A DNA stretch of 64,000 nucleotides from Nitrospirales bacterium (GTDB lineage: Bacteria > Nitrospirota > Nitrospiria > Nitrospirales > UBA8639), in contig CBDBCZ010000019.1 of assembly GCA_965203295.1 (NCBI GenBank), forward strand, positions 2,240,001 to 2,304,000, read 5' to 3'. A model generated the notes under the pieces. It did no database searches. It was not told the origin of the DNA and saw only the letters and a list, made by a program, of their open reading frames with translations. This document shows positions 1 to 11,206 of the stretch, one piece after another. Each line of letters begins with the position of its first letter. The stretch's first letter is position 1. The position numbers were made by a program, and so were the translations under genes.

Positions 1-736
1 TCAGCACAAACTCAGGCTGAAAGGCATTGGCAGCAGGAACCAAGACGTCCTCGAATACCTGTTGATACTCCGCATCGCCCTGTCCCCCAGACATCGGGAC
101 ATTGATCGTCATTCCTTCCCCGTTTCCACTCCCGGTTTCTTTAGCTCGACCCGTTCCCGGATAGTGAGGGTATTGATGCATGCTAAAGAACAGGACCGAA
201 GGATCGTCATAAAAAGAATGCTGCGTCCCGTTTCCATGATGAACATCCCAATCAACGATGAGAACACGCTGTAATCCGTACCGCTCCTGAATATACCTTG
301 TCGCAACGGCAATATTATTAAACAGACAAAAACCCATAGTCCGATTGGCCTCGGCATGATGCCCAGGAGGTCTCACCGCACAAAACACCTGGGTCACTTG
401 ACCATTCATAACCTTATCGATAGCAGTTGTGGCCCCACCAGCCGCTAAATACGCAGCCTTGAGGGATCCTGGCGATAGGGAGGTGTCCGGATCAAGGGAA
501 GCATAGCCGGTGGATGGGACCCGACTTTCCAATTGCTGAACATAAGAAGAGTGGTGAATCTTCTCAATCCACTCGCGACTGGCAGGTTGTGGATCCACAT
601 AGACGAGGCATTTGAGAGTCCCAGTGATTTCTAAATAAGAGGTGATCGCGCGAAGGCGTTCGGGCGATTCTGGGTGACCTGCTCCCATATCATGATCCAA
701 GAAAGCAGGATGAAAAACAAATCCAACTCGGCCCAC
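1..736 (-). CDS. Histone deacetylase family protein (AcuC/AphA-like), runs off the window's left edge
   Basis: Not in the ORF track. Manual translation from GTG 736 gives GHPESPERL, RPPGHHA, GFCLFNN, VDWDVHHGNGTQ and HQYPHYPGTG, all HDAC motifs. Confidence 0.93.
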   Translation of the reverse strand, partial: MGRVGFVFHPAFLDHDMGAGHPESPERLRAITSYLEITGTLKCLVYVDPQPASREWIEKIHHSSYVQQLESRVPSTGYASLDPDTSLSPGSLKAAYLAAGGATTAIDKVMNGQVTQVFCAVRPPGHHAEANRTMGFCLFNNIAVATRYIQERYGLQRVLIVDWDVHHGNGTQHSFYDDPSVLFFSMHQYPHYPGTGRAKETGSGNGEGMTINVPMSGGQGDAEYQQVFEDVLVPAANAFQPEFVL

Positions 737-974
737 GGTTTTCTCCTTCTAGCCAAACAAAGGGTGACTCCACCCATACCTCATGACTGTGGGATAACGA
801 AAGGGAGGATTCGACTCACCCCATGAAGCCAACATGTCGATAACAATGGCGACTACATGGAGTAGAGACGCAGAGGAAATCGTAGCACAGGATAGGACGT
901 TAGACAACATGGAGGATCGCATGATAGGTTTTCTCAAATGCCTTCATTCTGATTACTCTAAAGGAACGACTGAG

Positions 975-1289
975 ATGCCAAGTCCCAAGATTGAACAATT
1001 CAAAAAGGTCCTCCAACTCGACCCTCATGATGAGACCCTCTGGTTTGGATTAGGGAAAGCCTACATGGGAGATGAAAACTGGGAGGAAGCCATATTAGCA
1101 CTCGAGAATTGCATAAACGTGAAACCTACCTATTCGGCCGCCATGTATGCCCTCGCCCAAGCACTCAAGAACCATAACCAAATTGAAAAATGCCGAACCA
1201 TTTGTGAGCAAGGCATCCAGGCAGCCACGGCGAACGGCGATCTGCTCGTCATTAAGAATCTTGAAGAGCTCAGAGATTCTTTGGCCTAA
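975..1289 (+). CDS. Small TPR protein
   Basis: LWFGLGKAY...YSAAMYALAQAL helix pairs. ATG 975 follows an AAGGA RBS; the ORF track start is 834. Confidence 0.8.
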   Translation: MPSPKIEQFKKVLQLDPHDETLWFGLGKAYMGDENWEEAILALENCINVKPTYSAAMYALAQALKNHNQIEKCRTICEQGIQAATANGDLLVIKNLEELRDSLA

Positions 1290-1332
1290 AACACCGGCCG
1301 TTCTTCAACCGATCACACATTCATCTCCTCTC

Positions 1333-2169
1333 TCAAGACAAAACCGTTTTCAATGCTTGGGTCATGACGCCTTCTAAAGGGTAAGTCGCATAGGGATTCA
1401 CAGCCAAAAGGCGAATTCGTGAAGCCCCATTTTCCTTTCGAAAGCCGTCACCAACATACACATTGTTCAACCGAATGCTCGCCTGTGAGGGTTTAGCAGG
1501 AAGATCCAATAACGTCAGAAACAACGCACTTGTTTGATGAACCAGGGGAAATGTCGTCGCGATGACTCCTAACAGTCGCTGAAGATCGATTTTGATTTTT
1601 CCTTCTCGTTTGCTCCCTAGTCTTTCCGGACTATACACGGTGAGAGCCAGGACCACAGGGGCACAGTAATTTAATAACTGTCGGTCCTTCTCTTTAATTC
1701 GTGCCACGATTCGTTTCACAAAAATTCGTTCATCAGCGTCCCATTGAATGGATTGCCCATCGCCTTCGTCCACAGGATGTTCAACCTTTTTCCTGAGCAC
1801 AGGAGACCCGCCTCCCACAATAACCGTCACTTCAACAAACACCCGAGATGGGCCCAAGTAACATTCGAGGTCCGCCGTGGGAGCATCTGACTCGGGAAGG
1901 AAAACCACGGAAAACCCTGCGTTGGTCAAAAGAGTCGCCAACTCGACTTCCGCTTGAGCCGCTTCAGACACCCCATACCGTCGGCTGCCGTATTGCACCT
2001 GAAGCCAAGCGAGTCGTTGACGACTTGCTTCATCATGGCAGAGACTTGATATCGCCTGCCACTGGCGATCAAACATCATACGTTTGTCCGCGTCAGGACG
2101 CTGTGGATTCGCGAGAACAAGTCGTCTAGGACCATCTGAGCCCAACTTTTTAGAACGAAATCGCTTCAT
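1333..2169 (-). CDS. Hypothetical protein, possible PD-(D/E)xK-like fold
   Basis: 278 aa ORF with an E...PTADLEC...VFVEVT pattern. Confidence 0.6.
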   Translation of the reverse strand: MKRFRSKKLGSDGPRRLVLANPQRPDADKRMMFDRQWQAISSLCHDEASRQRLAWLQVQYGSRRYGVSEAAQAEVELATLLTNAGFSVVFLPESDAPTADLECYLGPSRVFVEVTVIVGGGSPVLRKKVEHPVDEGDGQSIQWDADERIFVKRIVARIKEKDRQLLNYCAPVVLALTVYSPERLGSKREGKIKIDLQRLLGVIATTFPLVHQTSALFLTLLDLPAKPSQASIRLNNVYVGDGFRKENGASRIRLLAVNPYATYPLEGVMTQALKTVLS

Positions 2170-2247
2170 CGCTTTTCAGGAAATCGAATGTCAGGCCTAT
2201 CTTCGGAACGGATTCATTGTAGACTTTCTAGTGAGATACCGAAACCG

Positions 2248-3225
2248 CTAGAATTTTTCTCTTTGTCGAAGGGAATGATCCATGCCCTGAAAAAACGAGC
2301 GAAGATCGACGTTCCCTCCTGTAATAATGACCCCTACCCGTTTCCCGATCAATCGGGGTTCTTTTCTGAGTAATGGCGCTAAGGCCACCGCACTCGACGG
2401 TTCGATCACAATCTTTATCCGCTCAAAAACAAAACGCATGGCTTCCACGATTTCTTCTTCTTCGACCACAAAAAATCCCGTGAGATGCCCCCTGAGAATG
2501 GGCAGTGTGAGGTCCCCCAAACTGGTTCGTAAGCCTTCCGCGATGGTGTGAGGATGTTCCATAGGAGCCACTCGGTTTTCCCGAACTGAGTGGATCGCAT
2601 CCAACGCACCAGATGGTTCACAGGCATAGATCTTGAGAGATGGCCTGACTCCATGTCCGGCTAGGCAGGCGCCTGACAGGAGCCCTCCCTCTCCAACCGG
2701 GGCCAGCAACACATCCAGATCCTGAACCTTCTCAAGCAATTCCAACGTCGCAGTACCCTGGCCAGCCACAACATGAGGATGATTAAAAGCATGAACAAAT
2801 ACCCCTTAGAGCTCACTGACTAAATGATCGACTTTGCGTGCAGCTTCTTCTTGATTCGGTACCGGATGGAGCCTAGCCTGATATGTGAGGATCGCTTCCC
2901 GTTTTACAGGATTGATCGGTTCAGGCATGACCACGTGAGCTGTTAACTGTTGCAACTGACATGCGAGGGCCACCCCTTGACCATGGTTTCCAGAAGAAAG
3001 GGTGACAATAGGTCGGGCCTTTTCCTCATGAGAAAGACGGGCAATGGCATGGTAAGCCCCACGAAATTTGAATGCGCCTATCTTTTGAAAATTCTCACAT
3101 TTGAGAAATACGTTAGCGCCGGATTGTTCATTCAATTGGCGAGAGGTCAGGATCGGCGTGTCATTGACAACCCATTTCAACAAGGTGGCCGCACGTTGGA
3201 CATCTCCGAAGGTTGGAAGTGCCAT
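2248..3225 (-). pseudogene. PLP-dependent threonine/serine dehydratase (serine racemase-like) with an in-frame TAA
   Basis: FLKCENFQKIGAFKFRGA, SSGNHGQ, AGQGT, EPSSA and GGNVD motifs. ORFs 2806-3240 and 2248-2769 share a frame and are separated only by TAA at 2806-2808. Confidence 0.88.
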
Positions 3226-3310
3226 GGCAATCGGCAGCAACGGGTGGGCCTCCTTCGAAGCGGCTTCTCCTGATACATTGAGGCCAAAGGGATTGAGGAA
3301 AGGATTCCCC

Positions 3311-3961
3311 TTATTCAGACCGCTTTAGTTCTTCAAGGGAAAATTGTTTCGGTAAGGGCACGGGAATGACGACAGCGATCGGATCACCTCGTCGAATGGT
3401 GGTTGGCTTTTCAAGTTTCAGGAGAATATTCGAAACAAATGCGTCATAGCCAGGAAGAAAATCATAGAGGTTGGGCGTCAACTTATATTCCTGAGACTTA
3501 ATTCCCTCCCACACAGAAAACGTTCGCTTTGGAAAATGATAGAAATGGTTTGGAATGTCCTTCAACATGATACCGATTTCATGCGGGTAGTAGAACCGAA
3601 TCCCACAACACAGTTTGGGATACCCACTGTTTAAGATCGAATCCACATACGTGCCCGAAAAGGACTTGTAGCCCAATATTCGTTCTTCGGGAAGAATTTC
3701 GGGACACTGCCACTCAAAACCATTCCCGGCCCGACGGATCCTGCAATCGACCGGTGAACGAACAAGGTACCCATACTGTCCGGCCGTTCGAACCGGCCCA
3801 CAGTCATCTGGCAGCACCTTGTACCCACTGGCAACCAGCTCCCGCTGTTCCTGCAGTGTCATATTCGTCATCATCGGACGATGAGGAGAAAAATCCAACT
3901 TTAACCGTTCCGGAGCAATGGCCGTCGTATATTCTCGCTCCCAGTAAAGGGACCAATGCAT
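3311..3961 (-). CDS. Hypothetical protein (DUF6065/dUTPase-like fold possible)
   Basis: Long ORF with C.PV..A.QYGY.V.SP and a C-terminal I.RGDPIA.VIP. Confidence 0.6.
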   Translation of the reverse strand: MHWSLYWEREYTTAIAPERLKLDFSPHRPMMTNMTLQEQRELVASGYKVLPDDCGPVRTAGQYGYLVRSPVDCRIRRAGNGFEWQCPEILPEERILGYKSFSGTYVDSILNSGYPKLCCGIRFYYPHEIGIMLKDIPNHFYHFPKRTFSVWEGIKSQEYKLTPNLYDFLPGYDAFVSNILLKLEKPTTIRRGDPIAVVIPVPLPKQFSLEELKRSE

Positions 3962-4022
3962 GTCGGTCTTGTCGGGTGAATGGTCCACGTTCACGCTCCC
4001 TCTATTCGCCTGAAACTCCTGC

Positions 4023-4653
4023 CTACGGTTCGGATTGGTTAGCCAGATGAGACTCCATCGAACCATGTTTGACCATCCACGCCACCTCGGCGACTCGACG
4101 ACCCAGCGCACGGGCCTCCTTCAATATCAATCCCAGGGCTATTCCCTTCCGTTGTTGCCGAGGCGCCAAACGCTCCGCCACCACCGACGACGATCATTTG
4201 ATTGCCAAGCATGGCCGCCAAAATCGTCAACATCGTCACCTCTTTACCGCTTGAAATTTGTCCCCCGGTGGCAAACGCCGCACCGACCTTATTGCGCATT
4301 TTAAACTCGGGAAACACTCCAAACTGAAACTGCCATTTATCAAAAAACGTCTTCACTTCCCCTGCCATGTTCGACCAGTACACAGGAGAGCCGACAACAA
4401 GAGCATCAGATGCAAAAAGCTGTTGGGCCGTCACATGACTCACTCGCTGCATTTCCACAGAGGTGCCTTTGACAGAACGAGCTCCTTCCACAACCGCACG
4501 AGCCATTTTCTCTGTGTTTCCAGTCATCGAATGATATGCCACCAGCACCCTCACCTTGTCGTCAAGATCAGCAGCCTCTAGATTACAGACCCACAAGCTA
4601 AAGCCACAGAGAACCACAGACACGGTAAACAATCGCAAACAGAGCTTCTTCAT
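4023..4653 (-). pseudogene. WrbA-like flavodoxin/NAD(P)H oxidoreductase with signal peptide, frameshifted near the C-terminus
   Basis: YHSMTGNTEKMA, GSPVYW and GAAFATGG motifs. The expected last helix LKEARALGRRVAEVA lies in another frame after about 4125 and ends at TAG 4023-4025. Confidence 0.8.
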
Positions 4654-4720
4654 CACACCTTCTTCCGGCCTGACCTTACAGATCAATCGTTCGTCTTCCA
4701 TAAAGGTCAGTCAGCATCAC

Positions 4721-4906
4721 CTATCGACGTTCAATTTCCTCATCCATCTGCTCTTCAACAGAAACATGCGTCAATGTCCCACGATAATCACATCTATGGC
4801 AACGAACCCGCCATTCTTCGATCCATCGTTCCTGTACAAACGTTTGATGGCATTGCGGGCACGCAAATACCCCCTTCACATAGTGAACCTTTTTCCGATA
4901 TTTCAT
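4721..4906 (-). CDS. Small zinc-ribbon protein
   Basis: CPQC...CHRC; strong GGAGGAG RBS. Confidence 0.7.
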   Translation of the reverse strand: MKYRKKVHYVKGVFACPQCHQTFVQERWIEEWRVRCHRCDYRGTLTHVSVEEQMDEEIERR

Positions 4907-5021
4907 GAAGTGACTCCTCCCTTAAAAATTGAGGTGATAGATACGACGTAGCGTGCCATAGCCGAATTTTCATTTGCAACCGAATCAGAGAAAGCCAACA
5001 AGACACTTTCCCCCTCACCTC

Positions 5022-5966
5022 TTAGATTTTCTCTGGACTGTTTCTGCTTGCCTTCTTTCTCGGAAACAGTTCATCATGCACCCACTTGAGACGATGCCGT
5101 TCCACATGGGTGTATATTTGCGTCGTGGAAATATTGGCGTGGCCTAGCATCATTTGCACGGATCGTAAATCTGCTCCGTGCGCTAAGAGATGGGTGGCAA
5201 AAGAATGCCGAAGCATGTGAGGTGTAATTCTTTTTGAAATGCGCGCTTGAAGAGCACGGGCACGCAGGATTTTCCAAAATCCCTGACGTGTCAATGACGT
5301 CCCCCGTCGCGTCACAAAAAGAGCTAGGGAAGATCGATGTCTCAGTAGTGCAGCACGGAAATGAAGGCAATACGCTTCAAGGCGTTCACGGGCCTTTTCT
5401 CCCATAGGAACAATCCGTTGTTTGTCCCGCTTCCCCGTGGCCAAGACGTATCCAACTTCCAGATTCACATGAAGCATTTCCAAGTTAATAAGCTCAGAAG
5501 CCCTGAGGCCCGTGGCATACAACAGTTCCACCATCGCGGAATTTCGGTGACTCTCAGGTTTTGGTCCAGAAGGAAGTTCCAACAAGGAGGTCACTTCAGT
5601 TTCGGATAAAATTTTGGGAAGCCTGGACCATTTTGCAGGAGGGCTCGGAAATTGTGGGAGTAAATCGGGAAAACCAAAATCGGTATGGAGAAACCGAAAA
5701 AATCCCCTGAGACCAGCTAAACAACGAGACACCGAGGAAGCCGATAGGTTTTGGTGCTGCAAATCTTCAAGAAACCCGACCAGATCAGACTTAGAAACCC
5801 GAGAGGGATGATCCACCCCTACCTTCTTTAGATAGTGATGAAGCTTCCCTAAATCTCGCCGATAGGCGTGAAGGGTATTCGTCGCCAATCCTCCCTCAAC
5901 CCGAAGACTCGTCAGAAATTGGTCGATCAAGGCTTCCATTGAAACTGGACCTGGTGAATGCGACAT
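5022..5966 (-). CDS. xerD: Tyrosine recombinase XerD
   Basis: NTLHAYRRDL, LYATGLRASEL, HMLRHSFATHLL and LGHANISTTQIYTHV. Start is uncertain (5966-6017). Confidence 0.93.
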   Translation of the reverse strand: MSHSPGPVSMEALIDQFLTSLRVEGGLATNTLHAYRRDLGKLHHYLKKVGVDHPSRVSKSDLVGFLEDLQHQNLSASSVSRCLAGLRGFFRFLHTDFGFPDLLPQFPSPPAKWSRLPKILSETEVTSLLELPSGPKPESHRNSAMVELLYATGLRASELINLEMLHVNLEVGYVLATGKRDKQRIVPMGEKARERLEAYCLHFRAALLRHRSSLALFVTRRGTSLTRQGFWKILRARALQARISKRITPHMLRHSFATHLLAHGADLRSVQMMLGHANISTTQIYTHVERHRLKWVHDELFPRKKASRNSPEKI

Positions 5967-6252
5967 TATCGACCCATCCAAATCCATAAGTTCTGGCCCA
6001 TTCTTATCATGAAACAACGTTTAACCAAGCCCACAATATGAGAATGCATACCAAAAAGTTGACATGCTGTTCAAAGAGCCCGTTCAGCAAAATCCCAGGC
6101 AACAAGATGTCTGAATAAGACCAAGGATCGCCAGTGGCAAACTTCTTCATCAGCCTGTAGGATGATCACAGTCATCATCTTGATCTTGCGACCCCTCTTG
6201 AAATTCGAAATAATGGAAATGTAATTCTCCCTATCTCTATCTAGCAGAACAC

Positions 6253-8214
6253 ATGTCTCCACGCTTCTTTCAATCTTCTGAATACGCCATTCGTTCACTG
6301 TTTTGTGTCCTTTTTCTGTTAGGAATCACTCTTTTTGAGGCCCAACCAGCTTCCGGACAAGCAGACTCTGCCCTCTCAATGGACTCTCCTGAATACACAG
6401 CTCAGGTAAATTTGGGCCAAACCAAAGCCCTTTTTGAGCAAAATCAGTTAGAAAAATCTCTCAGTGTCTTAGAAGATTTAATCGAACAATCGCCCCAATC
6501 CCCACATCTTGACCAAGCCTATTTCTTGGAAGCCGCGGTCCTGCGTGCACTAGGCCAAGGTAATCAAGCGACGATCTCTCTCGAGCACCTGATACATGAA
6601 TTTCCAACCTCCCCTTTGCTCGATGATGTCCGGCTGATCCTTGGAGCCCTGTATTTGGGAACCGATCAATCTGATCGTGCTCTCGAGGTTCTCAATGACT
6701 CTCTCATCTTGTCATCAGATCCGGCCACTCACCGGGAAGCTCGACATCTCATGCGTGAGGTGTATGAAAAAAATGGGGATTTTCTAAAAGCCATTCAGAT
6801 CACGTTATCAGAAATTGATCAGGCCGATGAGCTTGAGCGACGCGATCTCCAGGATTATATCCAAGGCGTGATTCTCCAACGTATGGACGAACCAGCCTTG
6901 AGAGATCTCCTTGAACTCTTCCCCTTACAATATCCAGGGGATCTGGCCATGATTCGATTGAATGAACTGCATATGACACAAGAAGATGAGGTGCTGGCTG
7001 AACGCTATATTCGGTTATTTCTTCGCCGGTTTCCGAATCATCCCTATGCCCAAACTGCCATGGCCCTTTTACAGTCGTTTATCGCCAAAATAAAGGCACA
7101 TGATCATATCGTGGCTGCCGTGTTACCCTTTTCAGGTCGTCTCAATCCTTATGGAAATGATTCCCTCAATGGCATTCGCCTGGCCTTAGAGGATGCCAAA
7201 GACACCTTTCCACTCAACACCGTTGGCTTAGTCCTCAAAGAAGACGACTATCCACCAACAGCCATACAACATGAAATCTACCAAATGCTGGAGGAATTCA
7301 AACCGATAGCCGTCATCGGTCCAATGCGATCAAGGGAAGTCCAAATCCTTGCACCCATTCCTGATCAAGTGGAAATCCCCTTTATTACGCCTTCTGCCAC
7401 GCTCCACGATGTTCGACAATTTGGGCAATTTTGGTTTAGCACGGCACTGACGTCAGCTCTCCAGGTCCAAGGTCTTGTCGATTATGCCTTTCGGGAATTG
7501 CAGTACCAACGTTTTTGTATTCTGTATCCTCAGAGTGCGTATGGGCGAGAACTCGGCTATCAGTTTCAAAAAGCGGTTGAAGACAGGGGAGGAGAGATCG
7601 TTGGCATTGAATCCTACCCCCGTAGGACGACCGATGCCACGAAACAAATTCTACGCTTAAAAGAAGCTGATCTGCAGAACTATGGAGAATTGATTACCAT
7701 CACCCCCGATGAAACGGACGAAGCAGCGAAGACACGGGAAGTGTATTTTCCAGGATTCGATGCCGTATTTTTGCCTGGTCTCCCAGAGGAGGTTGCATTC
7801 ATCGCGGCGCAATTGGCATTCTATGATGTGAAGGTTTCGCTCTTGGGAACGAACGGCTGGAACAGTCCAAATCTGATCAAATGGGGAGGAAGCAGCGTGG
7901 AAGGCAGTATTTTCTCCGACGGCCTGTTCCTCAAATCCCCAGATTTTGAGCTACAACAGTTCCACAAAAAATACCAAAATCGGTTCAATACCAACCCTTC
8001 CGTCTTTGCTCTTCAGGCTTATGATGCCATGCGATTGGTTTTGGATACGATTCGACATGGAGCGACTTCTGGAACAGAAGTGAGAGACCAGCTAATCCAA
8101 CGGGACAATCTTCCCACACTCGATGGATTCACGTCCTTTGGGTCGGGAGGCGTTTTGAATCGGAAAATTTTTCTTATTCGAGTCGAGAAGAGACAATTTC
8201 AACAGATCAATTGA
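6253..8214 (+). CDS. TPR plus periplasmic-binding-fold protein (LpoA/LppC-like PBP activator)
   Basis: Signal peptide, BamD-like TPRs and a C-terminal VLPFSG...AYDA type I periplasmic-binding domain. Confidence 0.8.
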   Translation: MSPRFFQSSEYAIRSLFCVLFLLGITLFEAQPASGQADSALSMDSPEYTAQVNLGQTKALFEQNQLEKSLSVLEDLIEQSPQSPHLDQAYFLEAAVLRALGQGNQATISLEHLIHEFPTSPLLDDVRLILGALYLGTDQSDRALEVLNDSLILSSDPATHREARHLMREVYEKNGDFLKAIQITLSEIDQADELERRDLQDYIQGVILQRMDEPALRDLLELFPLQYPGDLAMIRLNELHMTQEDEVLAERYIRLFLRRFPNHPYAQTAMALLQSFIAKIKAHDHIVAAVLPFSGRLNPYGNDSLNGIRLALEDAKDTFPLNTVGLVLKEDDYPPTAIQHEIYQMLEEFKPIAVIGPMRSREVQILAPIPDQVEIPFITPSATLHDVRQFGQFWFSTALTSALQVQGLVDYAFRELQYQRFCILYPQSAYGRELGYQFQKAVEDRGGEIVGIESYPRRTTDATKQILRLKEADLQNYGELITITPDETDEAAKTREVYFPGFDAVFLPGLPEEVAFIAAQLAFYDVKVSLLGTNGWNSPNLIKWGGSSVEGSIFSDGLFLKSPDFELQQFHKKYQNRFNTNPSVFALQAYDAMRLVLDTIRHGATSGTEVRDQLIQRDNLPTLDGFTSFGSGGVLNRKIFLIRVEKRQFQQIN

Positions 8215-8262
8215 CTCAAAGGTCACAACTGTCATACATGTCTTCAAGGACGCTATAGGCTC

Positions 8263-8982
8263 GTGAACTCGCTGAGCCCAATCATTCAAACAATTTCTTA
8301 TACCGCTCTCCCTTTAATCTTCGCCATAGTGTTGCACGAGTACGCCCATGGCTGGGTGGCCAATTTATTTGGTGACCCCACCGCACGCCTTTTGGGGAGG
8401 TTGACGCTCAATCCTTTGCCTCACATCGATCGTTATGGCACCATTATTCTGCCCTTGATTTGTCTTGTTCTTCCGATTGGATTTTTAATCGGATATGCCA
8501 AACCGGTTCCCATTAATCCGGCTAACCTGCATAACCCACGTCGGGATATGGCCTTCGTAGCTGCTGCAGGACCGGCCATGAATTTCTTTCTCGCCATTGC
8601 CAGTTCCCTTCTCCTAAGCGGGATTCTTCGAGTGAGGCCTGATCTCGCAACCTATTGGCCACCTCAATCTGGAGTGGACCTGCCACAAGATCTTCAAGGG
8701 ATGATCTTGGTTCCACTTGCGGCTATGGCTCTTTTTTCCATTTTAATCAATGTCTTGTTAATGGTCATTAATCTTATTCCTGTCCCACCTTTGGATGGGG
8801 GCCGTATCCTAGTCAGTTTGCTTCCTCCCACCCCAGCCTTAGCTCTTCGCCGGTTGGAGTCTTTCGGAATGTTTATCATTTTGGGTTTGCTGATTATTGA
8901 ACCACATGTCCAAATCATCCATACAGTGATAGGGAGCGTGTTTCAACTTCTCAAGACTATTCTCCCACCCGAAGTTCTGTAA
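8263..8982 (+). CDS. Site-2 protease (M50)
   Basis: HEYAH and NLIPVPPLDGG motifs. Confidence 0.93.
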   Translation: MNSLSPIIQTISYTALPLIFAIVLHEYAHGWVANLFGDPTARLLGRLTLNPLPHIDRYGTIILPLICLVLPIGFLIGYAKPVPINPANLHNPRRDMAFVAAAGPAMNFFLAIASSLLLSGILRVRPDLATYWPPQSGVDLPQDLQGMILVPLAAMALFSILINVLLMVINLIPVPPLDGGRILVSLLPPTPALALRRLESFGMFIILGLLIIEPHVQIIHTVIGSVFQLLKTILPPEVL

Positions 8983-9011
8983 GTTGTTGGGGAAGGAAGA
9001 AAGGAACCGCC

Positions 9012-9992
9012 GTGACGCAGCGCGTATTGAGTGGAATGCAACCAAGTGGTCGGCTCCATTTAGGAAATTTTCTTGGAGCCTTGGAGAATTGGCGCACTCT
9101 CCAAGATCACCATGACTGTTTCTTTTTCGTTGCGGATTGGCATGCCCTCTCCACAAAATATGCTGATACCAGTCGCGTGAAAGAATTCTCCCAGGAATTA
9201 GTGATTGATTGGCTGTCTGCTGGCATCGATCCTGAAAAATCCACCGTGTTCATTCAGTCCCATGTACCGGAACATGCCGTCCTCCATCTTCTCTTGTCCA
9301 TGATGATTCCGATCCCCTGGTTGGAGCGAAATCCCACTTACAAAGAAAAGCAGGAACAATTAACAGATCGGGACCTCTCAACGTATGGATTCTTAGGCTA
9401 CCCTGTTCTTCAGGCTGCTGACATTCTTTTATACAAAGCCGACGCCGTTCCTGTTGGTAAAGACCAGCTCCCGCACCTGGAACTGACTCGTGAAATTGCG
9501 AGACGGTTCAATAGCTTGTATCACCCTGTCTTCCCCGAGCCTCAAGAGTTACTCACGGAGTTCCCAAAGGTCTTGGGAACTGATGGCCGGAAAATGAGCA
9601 AAAGCTATTGGAATACGATCAATCTCTCGGATTCCGAACCGGAAGTCCGGCAAAAGCTGAAAACGATGGTCACTGATCCGGCCAGAATCAGACGAAAAGA
9701 TCCAGGAAATCCAGAACTGTGTCCGGTCTTTGACCTACACAAGATGTTTTCATCCACGCCGACCATCGACCAAGTTAACCGGGAATGCCGAACAGCTGAA
9801 ATCGGCTGTATAGACTGCAAAAAGATCGTTGCTGATACGCTCGTGGAGCGCCTGACCCCAATATGGGAAACCCATCATACGTTAAAAGCTCACCCGAAAA
9901 AATTACAGGATGTCGTCGATCATGGATATCAGCATGCCGCGCGAATTGCCCGACAAACGCTTGATGAAGTCAAATCGGCTATGAAGATCTAA
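9012..9992 (+). CDS. trpS: Tryptophanyl-tRNA synthetase
   Basis: HLGN, YPVLQAADIL, VPVGKDQ and KMSKS motifs. Confidence 0.97.
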   Translation: MTQRVLSGMQPSGRLHLGNFLGALENWRTLQDHHDCFFFVADWHALSTKYADTSRVKEFSQELVIDWLSAGIDPEKSTVFIQSHVPEHAVLHLLLSMMIPIPWLERNPTYKEKQEQLTDRDLSTYGFLGYPVLQAADILLYKADAVPVGKDQLPHLELTREIARRFNSLYHPVFPEPQELLTEFPKVLGTDGRKMSKSYWNTINLSDSEPEVRQKLKTMVTDPARIRRKDPGNPELCPVFDLHKMFSSTPTIDQVNRECRTAEIGCIDCKKIVADTLVERLTPIWETHHTLKAHPKKLQDVVDHGYQHAARIARQTLDEVKSAMKI

Positions 9993-10062
9993 TGTCAACC
10001 ACAATTCGCCCGTCAATATTGTCGCGAACTCTTCCGAAGAAGTTTAGTGGCTCGGTGATTCC

Positions 10063-10092
10063 TTGACAAGGGCTTCGAGCCCTCAGTACCAT
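10063..10092 (+). promoter_or_regulatory. Sigma70-like promoter of the gap operon with a palindromic spacer
   Basis: TTGACA-18 nt-TACCAT; the spacer contains AGGGCTTCGAGCCCT. Confidence 0.6.
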
Positions 10093-10122
10093 TCAGCCGC
10101 GTTCACACTTCTGAATTCTTAA

Positions 10123-11151
<1,029 letters not shown>

Positions 11152-11206
11152 AATCTGATCGTTCTCTGCACGACCATCTTGCCGGTATCTGAGGAAGGGA
11201 GTCCTC

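Noticed and set aside
2806..2808. Selenocysteine, pyrrolysine or readthrough in the dehydratase
   Set aside because: The stop is TAA at a non-catalytic position with no evident downstream recoding hairpin.
5022..5966. Tyrosine recombinase as the integron or island integrase
   Set aside because: It has XerD-type motifs, lacks the IntI-specific insertion and lies 25 kb away among housekeeping genes.
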